A stretch of DNA of 64,000 nucleotides, taken from Candidatus Scatovivens sp. GTDB lineage: Bacteria; Bacillota; Clostridia; TANB77; CAG-508. The notes under the pieces are model-generated. The model made no database searches. It had not been told where the DNA came from and worked only from the letters and a program-made list of their open reading frames with translations. Positions 30,269 to 40,519 of the stretch are shown in pieces (the first letter of the stretch is position 1; each line of letters starts with the position of its first letter). The stretch is taken from assembly GCA_045646345.1 (NCBI GenBank), contig JAZRKN010000006.1, positions 32,001 to 96,000 on the forward strand. The letters are read 5' to 3'. The translations under genes were made by a program, and so were the position numbers.

Positions 30269-31165
30269 ATGGATTATAATATTATAATTAGACCTCTAAT
30301 TGGTGCTGGTATTGGATACATTACAAACTGGATTGCTGTAAAGATGTTGTTTAGACCTTTAAAACCTATTAAACTAGGAAAGTTTACTCTTCCATTCACT
30401 CCAGGAATTATTCCTAAAAACAAACCTCGTTTGGCCGAATCAATAGGAACAACAATTAGTAAAGATTTACTAACAGACGAAGACTTAAAAAATGTTTTAT
30501 TATCCAATACAGTAAAAAATGAAATAAAAGAAAAAATAATCAACTATCTAAATAGTATCTCTGAAAAAAAATATACTTTAGCAGAATTAATCTGTTTGTA
30601 TATTGAAAAAGAAAATTACAATAAAACCATTTCTAGTATAGAGTCTGTTTTATCTGATAAAATATATAATGCCGCACTCGAAGCAGATCTTGCAAACTTA
30701 ATTGCAAATCAAATCGAACTTGCAGCAACAGAAAAATTAAAAGGATCTATGCTTGGATTATTAGGTGGAAATGCAATCATATCATCATTTATTCCATCTA
30801 TTTCTGAAAAAATTAATGAATACATAATTTCTAATGGAAAAGAATTAATTTCTAATTCTGTAAATAAAGAAATAACTAATTACTCAAATACTTCTGTTGA
30901 AGAATTATTAGCAAAAATATCAGACAGCAACATTGATTTCATAGAAATGCTTATGTCTATTTATGAAAAAATCATTACAAACCAAATATCTAATCTTTTA
31001 AAATGTATTAATATTTCTCAAATAGTAACTAATAAAATTAACAATATGGATGTTTTAGAACTTGAAAAATTAATACTTTTAATTATGAAAAAAGAATTGA
31101 ATGCCCTTGTAAATCTTGGTGCAGTAATTGGATTTATACTAGGACTTTCTAATTTATTATTTTAG
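30269..31165 (+). CDS. DUF445 (YheB-like) membrane protein
   Basis: GAGIGYITNWIAVKMLFRP, TPGIIPK, KKELNALVNLGAVIG. Confidence 0.92.
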   Translation: MDYNIIIRPLIGAGIGYITNWIAVKMLFRPLKPIKLGKFTLPFTPGIIPKNKPRLAESIGTTISKDLLTDEDLKNVLLSNTVKNEIKEKIINYLNSISEKKYTLAELICLYIEKENYNKTISSIESVLSDKIYNAALEADLANLIANQIELAATEKLKGSMLGLLGGNAIISSFIPSISEKINEYIISNGKELISNSVNKEITNYSNTSVEELLAKISDSNIDFIEMLMSIYEKIITNQISNLLKCINISQIVTNKINNMDVLELEKLILLIMKKELNALVNLGAVIGFILGLSNLLF

Positions 31166-31191
31166 ATTCGATATTTTATATTTAAATCAAT

Positions 31192-31221
31192 AAAAAGACC
31201 TGATTTTTCAGGTCTTTTTTT
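31192..31221. terminator. Bidirectional terminator
   Basis: AAAAGACCTGA/TCAGGTCTTTT between convergent genes. Confidence 0.85.
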
Positions 31222-31222
31222 A

Positions 31223-32185
31223 CTAAGCATTTATAGCTTCTCTTATTTTTTTCATATTCTCATTTAATATTTTACAACTTTCATCAAGTTTTGCTTGGTT
31301 TTCTTCAGAAAGTTCTAATTCTAATAATTCTCTTGCCCCATTACTATTTACAACCGCTGGCATTCCAATATAAATATCTTTATGACCATATTCTCCATTT
31401 AAGTATGCTGATATTGTTAATATTTCGTTAGTATTATTCATAACAGTTCTAACAATTTTTGCTAAGCCAAGTCCAATTCCATAATATGTTGCTTTTTTTC
31501 TATTTATAATTTCATATGCGGCATCTCTAACTTCCACATAGATTTTATCTAAATCACTTAAACATTTACCAGAATCTTCAAGAATATCCGATATCCTTTT
31601 ACATCCAACATATGCATGTTCCCAAGGAACAAATGATGAGTCTCCATGTTCCCCCATTATATATGCATGTACATTTTTATTTGATACATTTAAATATTCT
31701 CCAACCATAAATCTTAATCTTGCTGTATCTAATGCAGTTCCAGAACCAATTACTCTACTTGTTGGAAATTTTGAAACTTCTTGAACAACTTTAGTCATTA
31801 AATCAACTGGATTTGATGCTATTAAAAATATTCCTTTAAATCCACTATTAACAACTTGAATTGTTATGTCTTTCATTATTTTTGCATTTGCCTCTGAAAG
31901 TTCAAGTCTTGTTTGACCTGGTTTTTGATTTAATCCAGCAGTAATTACAACCATATCAGCATCTGCACATTCCGAATATTCTCCTGCTTTTATTTTCATA
32001 TGGCTTGAAGAACATGGTAATCCATGGCATAAATCCATTGCTTCACCAACAGCTTTATCTTTTAAAACATCAATTAAAACTAATTCGTTAACACCACTTG
32101 AAGAACCTTGACTTAATATAGCATAAGCCATACTCATTCCTACAAATCCTGTTCCTACTAATACTATTTTTCTTTTTCCTATCAT
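31223..32185 (-). CDS. ldh: L-lactate dehydrogenase
   Basis: GTGFVG, QKPGQTRL, SNPVD, GSGTALDTAR, GEHGDS, ATYYGIG; start moved to ATG 32185 for SD spacing. Confidence 0.95.
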   Translation of the reverse strand: MIGKRKIVLVGTGFVGMSMAYAILSQGSSSGVNELVLIDVLKDKAVGEAMDLCHGLPCSSSHMKIKAGEYSECADADMVVITAGLNQKPGQTRLELSEANAKIMKDITIQVVNSGFKGIFLIASNPVDLMTKVVQEVSKFPTSRVIGSGTALDTARLRFMVGEYLNVSNKNVHAYIMGEHGDSSFVPWEHAYVGCKRISDILEDSGKCLSDLDKIYVEVRDAAYEIINRKKATYYGIGLGLAKIVRTVMNNTNEILTISAYLNGEYGHKDIYIGMPAVVNSNGARELLELELSEENQAKLDESCKILNENMKKIREAINA

Positions 32186-32331
32186 GTTATACATCTCCTT
32201 TTGTTTTATTATTCTTCCGGCTATATATTATAACACAACATTATATTCACTTCAAATCTTAAAAATGAGCTATTATACATAAAAAAAGTCATTTTAGACC
32301 AAATTTTACTTTCTAAAACGACTTTTTATTA

Positions 32332-32898
32332 TTATTCTTTTTCTTCTTCAACTGCATTCCAAAGCATTCCTTCTTTTAATGCTTCACTGTTTCCACCCAA
32401 CACATCTACGATTTTGTATGCAAATAGTAATGTTGTTGCCGGTCCACGACTTGTTATAAGATTCTCATCTACTACAACTAGTTCTTCTACATAGTTTGCT
32501 TTTTCTAATAAATTTTCAAAGTCTTCGCCTGGATATGCTGTTATATATCTATTTTCCTCAATTCCAGCTGCTGATAATACCATAGCTGGAGATGCACAAA
32601 TTGCTGCTATATATTTTTTTTCATTATTAAAATGTTTTACTAATTCTAATACTTTTTCGTCTTTTGCCAAATTATCTGCACCAGGCAATCCTCCAGGGAA
32701 AACTATCATATCATATTCTTTTATTTCATCTGATATCATTTTATCAGATTTTATAACTACATTATGAGCACCCGTTACATATTCCTCTTTTATTGTTATC
32801 ATATCACATAAAATTCCAGCTCTTCTTGCTACATCTACAACTGTAAGTGCTTCTATTTCTTCAAAACCATCTGCCAAAAATACTGCTATTTTTTTCAT
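32332..32898 (-). CDS. DJ-1/ThiJ/PfpI family protein (YajL-like)
   Basis: GFEEIEA, FPGGLPGA, AAICASP, TSRGP. Confidence 0.93.
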   Translation of the reverse strand: MKKIAVFLADGFEEIEALTVVDVARRAGILCDMITIKEEYVTGAHNVVIKSDKMISDEIKEYDMIVFPGGLPGADNLAKDEKVLELVKHFNNEKKYIAAICASPAMVLSAAGIEENRYITAYPGEDFENLLEKANYVEELVVVDENLITSRGPATTLLFAYKIVDVLGGNSEALKEGMLWNAVEEEKE

Positions 32899-33029
32899 AA
32901 AAACCTCCTTAATATTTTTTCAAAAATATTATATCACATCTAATCCACAATTTGTTATTTATTATTGACAAAATTCTACAACTGTTATATATAATTTTAT
33001 AGATGAAATTATACTTTTAGGAGGTTTTT

Positions 33030-33491
33030 ATGTTAAAAGAATTCAAAGAATTTGCTACAAAAGGTAATATTATGGACTTAGCTGTCGGCGTTGTAATAGG
33101 TGGTGCGTTCCAATCAATTATTAATTCATTAGTAAATGATATCATAATGCCAGCAATCTCAATAATAACAGGAAAAGTTGATTTTTCAGAAATGGTATTT
33201 ACAGTTGGTGAAGCATCTATTAAATACGGAAATTTCATTACAGCTATAGTAAACTTTTTAATCATAGCTTTCTCAATTTTCCTAGCAATCACATATATGA
33301 ACAAATTAACCAAAAAAATGGAAGCCATTAGCTTAGGACAAGTTGAAAAAATCAACAAAAAATTAGGAAGAACAAAAAAAGAAGAACCAATTCCTGAACC
33401 AACTGTAAAAGTTTGCCCATTCTGCTTTAGTGAAATTCCATATAAAGCTACGAAATGTGCTCACTGTACATCTGATTTAGAAACAAAATAA
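33030..33491 (+). CDS. mscL: Large-conductance mechanosensitive channel with a C-terminal Zn ribbon
   Basis: [29 protein letters not shown]; CPFC...CAHC tail. Confidence 0.96.
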   Translation: MLKEFKEFATKGNIMDLAVGVVIGGAFQSIINSLVNDIIMPAISIITGKVDFSEMVFTVGEASIKYGNFITAIVNFLIIAFSIFLAITYMNKLTKKMEAISLGQVEKINKKLGRTKKEEPIPEPTVKVCPFCFSEIPYKATKCAHCTSDLETK

Positions 33492-33536
33492 TAAAAAATA
33501 AATAAAAAACATCAAAAGTTTAAACTTTTGATGTTT

Positions 33537-34259
33537 TTATTTTTTAATATTTTCCAATATATTTGTATTTAAAATATCATTAGCTTTTTCTTGCGTTAAA
33601 TATTTATATTTAACCATTTTATTTAATACTTGTGCTTGCCTTTGCTTTGCAAGCTCTGGATTTTTAGTTGGTGCATATACTGATGGTGCATTTGGAATTC
33701 CTGCCAAAAGTGTAGATTCATATAAATTCATTTCTTGTGGTTCTTTATCAAAATAGCCATGTGAAGCATCATATACACAATAATAACCATCACCAAAATA
33801 TATAGTATTTACATACAATTCTAGTATCTCTTCCTTTGTACACGTTTTTTCATATTCAAAAGCCATAAATATTTCAGCAATTTTTCTTGTTAGTTCTTTT
33901 CTTTGTGTAAAATATGTATTTTTAGCAAGCTGCTGAGTTATTGTACTTCCCCCTTCTGCCAAACTCATTGTTTGAATATCTTTTATAACCGCTCTTACAA
34001 TTGATATTAGATCAACTCCATTATGTTCAAAAAATCTTCTATCTTCCACTGCTACAATTGCATTTATATAATTTTCTGGTAGCTCATCATATTTTATATA
34101 ATTCGTTTTCTCTTTTTTTATTTCTTCAACCATTTCTTTAATACTTGTCTCTTGAATGGCTTCTTCATATAAGTTATACCCTTGATACACAAATATTCCA
34201 AAAACAGCAATTAATAATATAAATCCTAGCAAAAATAATTTTTTAATAAATTTTATCAT
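33537..34259 (-). CDS. Monofunctional peptidoglycan transglycosylase (GT51)
   Basis: EDRRFFEHNG, GGSTITQQLAKN, RKIAE, YVNTIYFG. Confidence 0.93.
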   Translation of the reverse strand: MIKFIKKLFLLGFILLIAVFGIFVYQGYNLYEEAIQETSIKEMVEEIKKEKTNYIKYDELPENYINAIVAVEDRRFFEHNGVDLISIVRAVIKDIQTMSLAEGGSTITQQLAKNTYFTQRKELTRKIAEIFMAFEYEKTCTKEEILELYVNTIYFGDGYYCVYDASHGYFDKEPQEMNLYESTLLAGIPNAPSVYAPTKNPELAKQRQAQVLNKMVKYKYLTQEKANDILNTNILENIKK

Positions 34260-34299
34260 ATGTTCACTCTCCTTTATTTAATTCGTAATATAATTCATT

Positions 34300-34752
34300 T
34301 TAAGAAATTACTTTTTCCAGAAAAGTTCTGCATCCTTCTAATATATCTTCATATGTTTTATCAAAATTTCCAGTATACCAAGGATCTGCAATATCTCTTG
34401 GATTATTTGAAAAATCTAATAGTCTACACACTTTATTTTCTTTATCATCTCCAACAATTCGAAGTATATTTCTTATATTAGATTCTTCCATTCCTAATAT
34501 ATAATCGTATTTATCATAATCATTTGGTGATAGTCTTGTAGCCTCTCTATGTTCAACTGGTACCCCAACAGAATTTAATTTTTTTACAGTTCCATAATGA
34601 ACATCATTTCCTATTTCTTCGAAACTTGTTGCACTTGATTTTATTAAAAACTCGTTCTCTTTTCCCATTTTCTTTACCATATCTTTTAAAACAAATTCTG
34701 CCATTGGAGAACGACATATATTGCCTAAACATACAAACATTACTTTTATCAT
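34300..34752 (-). CDS. Low-molecular-weight protein tyrosine phosphatase
   Basis: VCLGNICRSPMAE and DIADPWY. Confidence 0.95.
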   Translation of the reverse strand: MIKVMFVCLGNICRSPMAEFVLKDMVKKMGKENEFLIKSSATSFEEIGNDVHYGTVKKLNSVGVPVEHREATRLSPNDYDKYDYILGMEESNIRNILRIVGDDKENKVCRLLDFSNNPRDIADPWYTGNFDKTYEDILEGCRTFLEKVIS

Positions 34753-34937
34753 TTTTCTCTCCTAACTATGCATATATTTTATCTATTAATCGACTTTTTT
34801 TCAACCATCTTAATTAATTATTAATACGCAATTTTCTACATTTTCTTTCATATTTTTTCATTTTTAAATACAAAAAACTCCCTAATTATTAAGTTCTCAC
34901 TTTAATAATTAAGGAGATTTTATAAATAACTTAAAAT

Positions 34938-35480
34938 TTATTCTTTATCTTCATTTTTATTTAATTCAACTATTTGTGAAGCAATATATTTACTGCTACT
35001 TGATCCCATTGCCATATACAAGGCTGTATCAGTAAATAATGTATCTTCAACAATATTTCTTTGACTATATTTCTTTCCTATCGCAATTACAGTATTAAAT
35101 ACAGAATCATATAAATCACTAAAGAAATTTAAAGTTTCTTCTATCGAAGTTCTTTTTACTCTATTTTCAATTAAATCTTTTATATCAGAAATAGGTAAAG
35201 CTTGTTTTAAGCAACAAATTATAATTAAATAAGCAATATGTTCTCTTGAATATTTTTTCTTTATTGGTGCCGGCATTATTCCAAGTTTTACATAGTTATT
35301 TATCATTGAATTTGTTATAATTTTTGTATTTTCATCGGATTTATGAAATGACATATATTTTTCCATCAATGCAACAACTTGGTCCATATATAAATCAATT
35401 TCTGGTAATTCATCCCAATAAGGTAATTTATGTTTAATTATTGTAAAATAATCTTCAAATTTTTTATCAACTTTTGACAT
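34938..35480 (-). CDS. DUF1836 domain protein
   Basis: LPEIDLYMDQV, TNSMINNYVK, KKKYSREH. Confidence 0.9.
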   Translation of the reverse strand: MSKVDKKFEDYFTIIKHKLPYWDELPEIDLYMDQVVALMEKYMSFHKSDENTKIITNSMINNYVKLGIMPAPIKKKYSREHIAYLIIICCLKQALPISDIKDLIENRVKRTSIEETLNFFSDLYDSVFNTVIAIGKKYSQRNIVEDTLFTDTALYMAMGSSSSKYIASQIVELNKNEDKE

Positions 35481-35637
35481 TATTCTTTCCTCTTTTTTAT
35501 TAATATGATATATAATAACACATTTTTAGCATTTTTTCAACACCTAAAACCATACACCCATTTGATTTCAATCACTTGCTAAATTTCATACAAAAAAACC
35601 TTTAAACTTAGTAATCTAAATTTAAAGGTTTTAATTT

Positions 35638-36159
35638 TTAGTGTATTACATTAGCAATTATTCCATATGATAAAAACATCATAATTATACTTGCCATTAC
35701 AATTCCAGCCATTACTGTAATAAAAGTTTTCTTTTTATCTAAATTTAAAACTGAAGCAATTAATGTTCCTGTCCAAGCTCCTGTTCCTGGAAGTGGAATT
35801 CCTACAAATATTAGTAATCCCCAATAACCATATTTTTCAATTTGGCCTTTATTTTTTTCTACTTTTTCGTCTAACCAATTAGCAATTTTATTGAAAAAAT
35901 TTATTTTACTTTTTTTCATCCATGATAATATTTTTGTTATTAATAATAATATAAATGGTACTGGAATAACATTTCCTATTATACTAATTACATATCCTGG
36001 AAGTGGATCCAATCCCAATAAAGCTGCTGCTAATATTCCCCCTCTTAATTCAAGTATTGGCATTAATGATATTATAAATACTAATATTTCTTTACCGTAA
36101 GCTATTGAAGCTAATCCTCCAAAGGCTCCTACTATTGCGCCTACAATTTTTTCACTCAT
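35638..36159 (-). CDS. COG2426 / small multidrug export family membrane protein
   Basis: PILELRGG, GNVIPVP, FVGIPLPGTGAWTG. Confidence 0.9.
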   Translation of the reverse strand: MSEKIVGAIVGAFGGLASIAYGKEILVFIISLMPILELRGGILAAALLGLDPLPGYVISIIGNVIPVPFILLLITKILSWMKKSKINFFNKIANWLDEKVEKNKGQIEKYGYWGLLIFVGIPLPGTGAWTGTLIASVLNLDKKKTFITVMAGIVMASIIMMFLSYGIIANVIH

Positions 36160-36240
36160 CTTCTCTATTTAGATAGATTTCGTTCTATCTATTCTCCTCT
36201 CTTTTTTCAATACTTATCTATTTTAACATTATTATATGCT

Positions 36241-36657
36241 TTATTCAACTTCTAAATTTAAAATATTTTCTGCAGTAGTTTCTCCTACAAACTCTTCAGG
36301 GAATACTACTTCATTTATATTTAATCTATTTAAAATATTTTTATGAAGTTTGTTTCCAGCTTTAGCAATTATATATTTTACTCCTCGTTCTTGAAGAATC
36401 ATACAAGATAATATACTTGCAGATATATTTTCTCCAAAGCATACCACTCCAATGTCAAAGTCTTTTATTGGTAATTGATTCCATGCATCTTCTGAAGTTA
36501 CATCTAAACAAACCGCTTTTGTCACATAATGTGAAACTTCTTCCACTATATGCATATCACTATCTACTGCTAAAACTTCAACTTTTGAATCAGTTAATTT
36601 TTTAGCAATCGTTTTTCCATATTTTCCAAGTCCTACTATAATACATTGTTTTTTCAT
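36241..36657 (-). CDS. ktrA: KtrA/TrkA NAD-binding subunit (RCK_N only, 138 aa)
   Basis: IVGLGKYG, AVD, IIAKA, VVFPE; downstream of a ktrB homolog. Confidence 0.85.
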   Translation of the reverse strand: MKKQCIIVGLGKYGKTIAKKLTDSKVEVLAVDSDMHIVEEVSHYVTKAVCLDVTSEDAWNQLPIKDFDIGVVCFGENISASILSCMILQERGVKYIIAKAGNKLHKNILNRLNINEVVFPEEFVGETTAENILNLEVE

Positions 36658-36669
36658 TAATTTTCTCCT

Positions 36670-37962
36670 TTAGTATAAAATAACATTTTCTGATGGATAC
36701 TCCACCAATCTATCTATTGGTTCGTCATGCACGAACGCTAATACCATTGCAATAGGTCCAATTCTTCCAATAAACATTAAGAACAATAATAGTAAATCAC
36801 CAATTACATTTATGCTTGTTGTTCCATCTACAACTAATCCAGCATTACTTAAAGCAGATATACTTTCAAAAATCACTTCCAACAAGCTAGCTTCTTTATT
36901 ACAATAAGCTAAAAGCATGCTTGAAAATATTGCTAATACAATAAATATTATAAAAATTGCAAATGCTTTTCTTACAACCATATTTGGTATTTTTTTCCAA
37001 AACATTATTGTATTTTCTCTACCTCTTAATGTTGCAATCACAGTAGCAATAATTATAGCTGGTACAACAACTCTCATTCCTCCTGCAGTTGACGCTGGAG
37101 CACCTCCTATAAACATTATTATTATTAACAGTAATTTACTTGCAACTGAGAATGACTCTAAATTTATCAACGAAAAGCCTGCTGTACGTGCAGATAGTGC
37201 CATAAACAAACTATTTAAAATTGACATTTGCGGTTCAAAAATTTTAATCAATATTGCTGGAACAATTGTAAATATCAATGAATATATTAATATAATTTTA
37301 GTTTGCAATTTTAATTTATTAAAACTTTTAAATTTATTCTTTTTCAAGTCTTCAATTACAAATATTCCTATACTTCCAATCATCATTAATAATATTAAAA
37401 CTATTTGCAAGTATATATCCGATTTATATTTTAACAAACTAGTTGTACCTAAAATGTCGAATCCTACATTTGTAAAAGCTGATATTGAATGAAAAATTCC
37501 ATACCAAATTCCATCTAACATTCCAAACTCTGGTATGAATCTTATTGATAATAGAATTGCTCCAACTAATTGAACTTTCCAAACCAAATTAAATACAAAC
37601 ATTGAATGTTCTTTTATTGTATTATAATCATTATCTCCTCCAGTATTATCATTTACCATCATAATATCCGAAATTTTCATTTTCTTATTACTTTTAGCCC
37701 ATATATAAGAAATGAACACAATAAAACCTAAAGCTCCAACTTCCATTAAAACTAATATAACTAGTTGTCCTATAAAGTTAAATTGTTCTACTAGCGGAGA
37801 CTTTAAAATTGCTGTTCCCGTAACCGTAGAAACCGATGCAAAAAATGCTTCATGAAAACTAATTTCCATATTGTTACATATTGGAAGCCACAAAATTATT
37901 GCTCCTATCAAACTTATTAAAACAAAACCTATCAAAGGCACTAAATAACTTTTATTCCTCAT
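36670..37962 (-). CDS. ktrB: KtrB/TrkH cation transporter membrane subunit
   Basis: SAFTNVGF, RTAGF, MFIGGAPASTAGG, MFIGRIG; start moved to ATG 37962 with SD AAGGA. Confidence 0.9.
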   Translation of the reverse strand: MRNKSYLVPLIGFVLISLIGAIILWLPICNNMEISFHEAFFASVSTVTGTAILKSPLVEQFNFIGQLVILVLMEVGALGFIVFISYIWAKSNKKMKISDIMMVNDNTGGDNDYNTIKEHSMFVFNLVWKVQLVGAILLSIRFIPEFGMLDGIWYGIFHSISAFTNVGFDILGTTSLLKYKSDIYLQIVLILLMMIGSIGIFVIEDLKKNKFKSFNKLKLQTKIILIYSLIFTIVPAILIKIFEPQMSILNSLFMALSARTAGFSLINLESFSVASKLLLIIIMFIGGAPASTAGGMRVVVPAIIIATVIATLRGRENTIMFWKKIPNMVVRKAFAIFIIFIVLAIFSSMLLAYCNKEASLLEVIFESISALSNAGLVVDGTTSINVIGDLLLLFLMFIGRIGPIAMVLAFVHDEPIDRLVEYPSENVILY

Positions 37963-38137
37963 TTGTTCATCCTTTTTACTAATCTTCTTCAATTATATAC
38001 TTAATTTTTTTTAGTGTAAATATTTTTAAAAGCAAAATTCTCAAGTTTCCCTAATGTTTTTTCTTCTTTTTTACATATTCTTTACGTATTTTTCGTAAAA
38101 AAAGAAATGCCTATTTAGCATTTCTTTCTGTTTTATT

Positions 38138-39067
38138 TTAAAATCTTCTTTTATTAATTACATATGTACTTCCTGGTACAGCTTTTGCTCTATGTTTAAT
38201 TTGACCTGCAACTTCTCCAATTTCAAGTGTTGTTTTATATATTTTTGAATCTACTTCTAAAACAGCTATAGAAATTGTTGTAAGTGGGAATTGCTCAATA
38301 ATTCCTCTTCTGTTGGCAACTTCTACATAACCTCTTTCAACATCTATTTCATTGTAATAATCAACTGCAAATTTATCAAATTCTAATATTATATTTTGAC
38401 AAACCTTATCGTAATCTGTTGGTCCTGTTATTGCTACAAAGTCATCTCCTCCGATATGGCCTATAAAATTGTCACTATCTTGAATTTGATGAATATGTTT
38501 TGAAATTGTTCTAGCTGTAAATTTTATTATCTCATCTCCATTTGCAAAACCGTAAACATCATTGTAGGCTTTGAAGTTATCCAAGTCAAAGTACAACATA
38601 GCAAATGTTTCCTTATTTAATAATCTTTTCTTCATTTCAGCTTGAATTTGTACATTTCCAGGTAATCCTGTTAAAGGACTTATTCTTCTGTTTTTAGTTA
38701 GAAGACCAACTATATTTTTTATTGTATAGAAGAAATATTCTTCATCCAATGGTTTCTTTATATAATATTGTACATCTGTTTTTAACACATCAACTGCATG
38801 ATCTTTTTCTCTATTTGAACTTATAACGATTATTGGTGTGATACTGTTATCTTCGTTTGATCTAATGCTTTTACAAAATTCTACAATATTTATATCTGTT
38901 GTATCTTCATCTATTATAATTAAAGAAGGAATATTTCTTAAAGCAACTTCAAGTTCAGAAGTTTTAACAGATTTGAATTTATATTCATCTGTTTCCCTTC
39001 TGAAACTTTCTTTTAACATATCTCTTAATTCATTCTCATTATCAATTATATATATATCGTGTACCAT
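38138..39067 (-). CDS. Response-regulator receiver + GGDEF domain protein
   Basis: REC (IIDNE, IIIDED, YIKKP) plus SPLTGLPGN, DLDNFKAYND, GHIGGDDF. Confidence 0.9.
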   Translation of the reverse strand: MVHDIYIIDNENELRDMLKESFRRETDEYKFKSVKTSELEVALRNIPSLIIIDEDTTDINIVEFCKSIRSNEDNSITPIIVISSNREKDHAVDVLKTDVQYYIKKPLDEEYFFYTIKNIVGLLTKNRRISPLTGLPGNVQIQAEMKKRLLNKETFAMLYFDLDNFKAYNDVYGFANGDEIIKFTARTISKHIHQIQDSDNFIGHIGGDDFVAITGPTDYDKVCQNIILEFDKFAVDYYNEIDVERGYVEVANRRGIIEQFPLTTISIAVLEVDSKIYKTTLEIGEVAGQIKHRAKAVPGSTYVINKRRF

Positions 39068-39083
39068 ATATACCTCTTTATTT

Positions 39084-40292
39084 CTAACGTGTTATTTCTT
39101 TTACTTCTTGTTTTTCAAAATCGTTTATTGTTATAACTTTTACTGTTACCGTATTTGTTCCTGTTACTAAAGGAATATCGAAAATTGTTTCTTTTGTATT
39201 TTCAGCTCCTAATGTTACATCATAATCTTGTCCATTAATATTTAAGAATAATTGTTTAATTCCATCTGCTGTTTTTGCTGTAACAACAGCTAAATCTGGG
39301 GCACCTTCTTTTGGTTCAATTGTTATTTCTATATCATCAGCACTTGCTTCTGAAGTAATTTCTTCTATAACTTCTGTTACAGTATCATCAACACTTGTTG
39401 CTGTTACTATTATTTTGTTTGTTCCTAACTCTAATTCTGGTAATGGGAATGTTACCTCTGTTGGATTTTGTTCTGATATCTCTACATTATAATCCATATC
39501 ATTGATTTTTAATGTTATAGCTTTTATTCCATTTTCATGGAAACATTTTACTTCTCCTGATTTCTTATCAGCAGCAATTGTAACTGTTATATCCGGTTTT
39601 GTTACACCTGTAAATGTTTTTGGTTCTGTTGTACTATTGTTATTTTTATCAACAGCAACTATTAATAAGTCATTTCTTCCTTTTAAAATTTCAATTTCAA
39701 ATTCTATCTTCTTATCATCTTCTTCTGAAACTTCCATTTTAACTTCTTCTTCATCATTCCATCTATATGTAACAAAATCTATTGCTGTTTCATCAGTTGC
39801 TGTAATTTTTAATTTCTTTTCTTCTGTAATAGCAATATCTATTATTGGATATATTTTGTCCTCTCCAGTTTCTGAAGTAAATTCTTCTTGATATGTAGCT
39901 TCTACACCATCTATATCTGTTACTTTAACAGTTAATGTATGTGTTCCTGCTAGAAGTGGGACATCAGCTTCCATTGAAGCTTCTCCAGTTCCTTTTACAT
40001 TATTTTCTTTTCCAGAATCCCAACTATAAATTAATTTTTCTATAGCTTTATCATGACTAACAAGTATTTTTACTGTTGTCTCGTGTTTCTCAGTACTAAT
40101 TACCGCTTCTGTTGGTGCTACTGGTGCTTCTGCAACAGTTTCTTTGTTTTTTACAACCCCATAGATTCCTCCTGCAATTAAACATATTGCAAAACATGCT
40201 ATTAATACCGCAAATACTCTTACAATCGTATCTGATCCTGATGGTTTTCCACCTGAACTTTTATTTGGATTATAATCTAATATTTGATTCAT
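39084..40292 (-). CDS. Membrane-anchored protein with about 4 Ig-like beta-sandwich repeats
   Basis: Single N-terminal TM; repeated G.N/H.L.V.(A/V).D motifs (GTHTLTVKVTD, GRNDLLIVAVD, GTNKIIVTATS, GTNTVTVKVIT). Confidence 0.7.
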   Translation of the reverse strand: MNQILDYNPNKSSGGKPSGSDTIVRVFAVLIACFAICLIAGGIYGVVKNKETVAEAPVAPTEAVISTEKHETTVKILVSHDKAIEKLIYSWDSGKENNVKGTGEASMEADVPLLAGTHTLTVKVTDIDGVEATYQEEFTSETGEDKIYPIIDIAITEEKKLKITATDETAIDFVTYRWNDEEEVKMEVSEEDDKKIEFEIEILKGRNDLLIVAVDKNNNSTTEPKTFTGVTKPDITVTIAADKKSGEVKCFHENGIKAITLKINDMDYNVEISEQNPTEVTFPLPELELGTNKIIVTATSVDDTVTEVIEEITSEASADDIEITIEPKEGAPDLAVVTAKTADGIKQLFLNINGQDYDVTLGAENTKETIFDIPLVTGTNTVTVKVITINDFEKQEVKEITR

Positions 40293-40476
40293 TTGTCCAC
40301 TCCTTCTACTTTTATCCTATACTTCAAGCTAGATTATATCATATAGGATTTTTGTTGTAAACACAAAAAAATACCTTTTTATACAATTTTTTCCTTGCCA
40401 TTTTTTGCTTATTTTATGCGCCTTTCTACGTTTTTATTATCTAATTTATCTATTAACAAACGTTTGCTTTATAAAC

Positions 40477-40509
40477 AAAAAAGATGAACTTTAACAGTTC
40501 ATCTTTTTT
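40477..40509 (-). terminator. Terminator of the adhesin gene
   Basis: AAAAAAGATGAACT/AGTTCATCTTTTTT inverted repeat. Confidence 0.8.
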
Positions 40510-40519
40510 ACTATATTAA

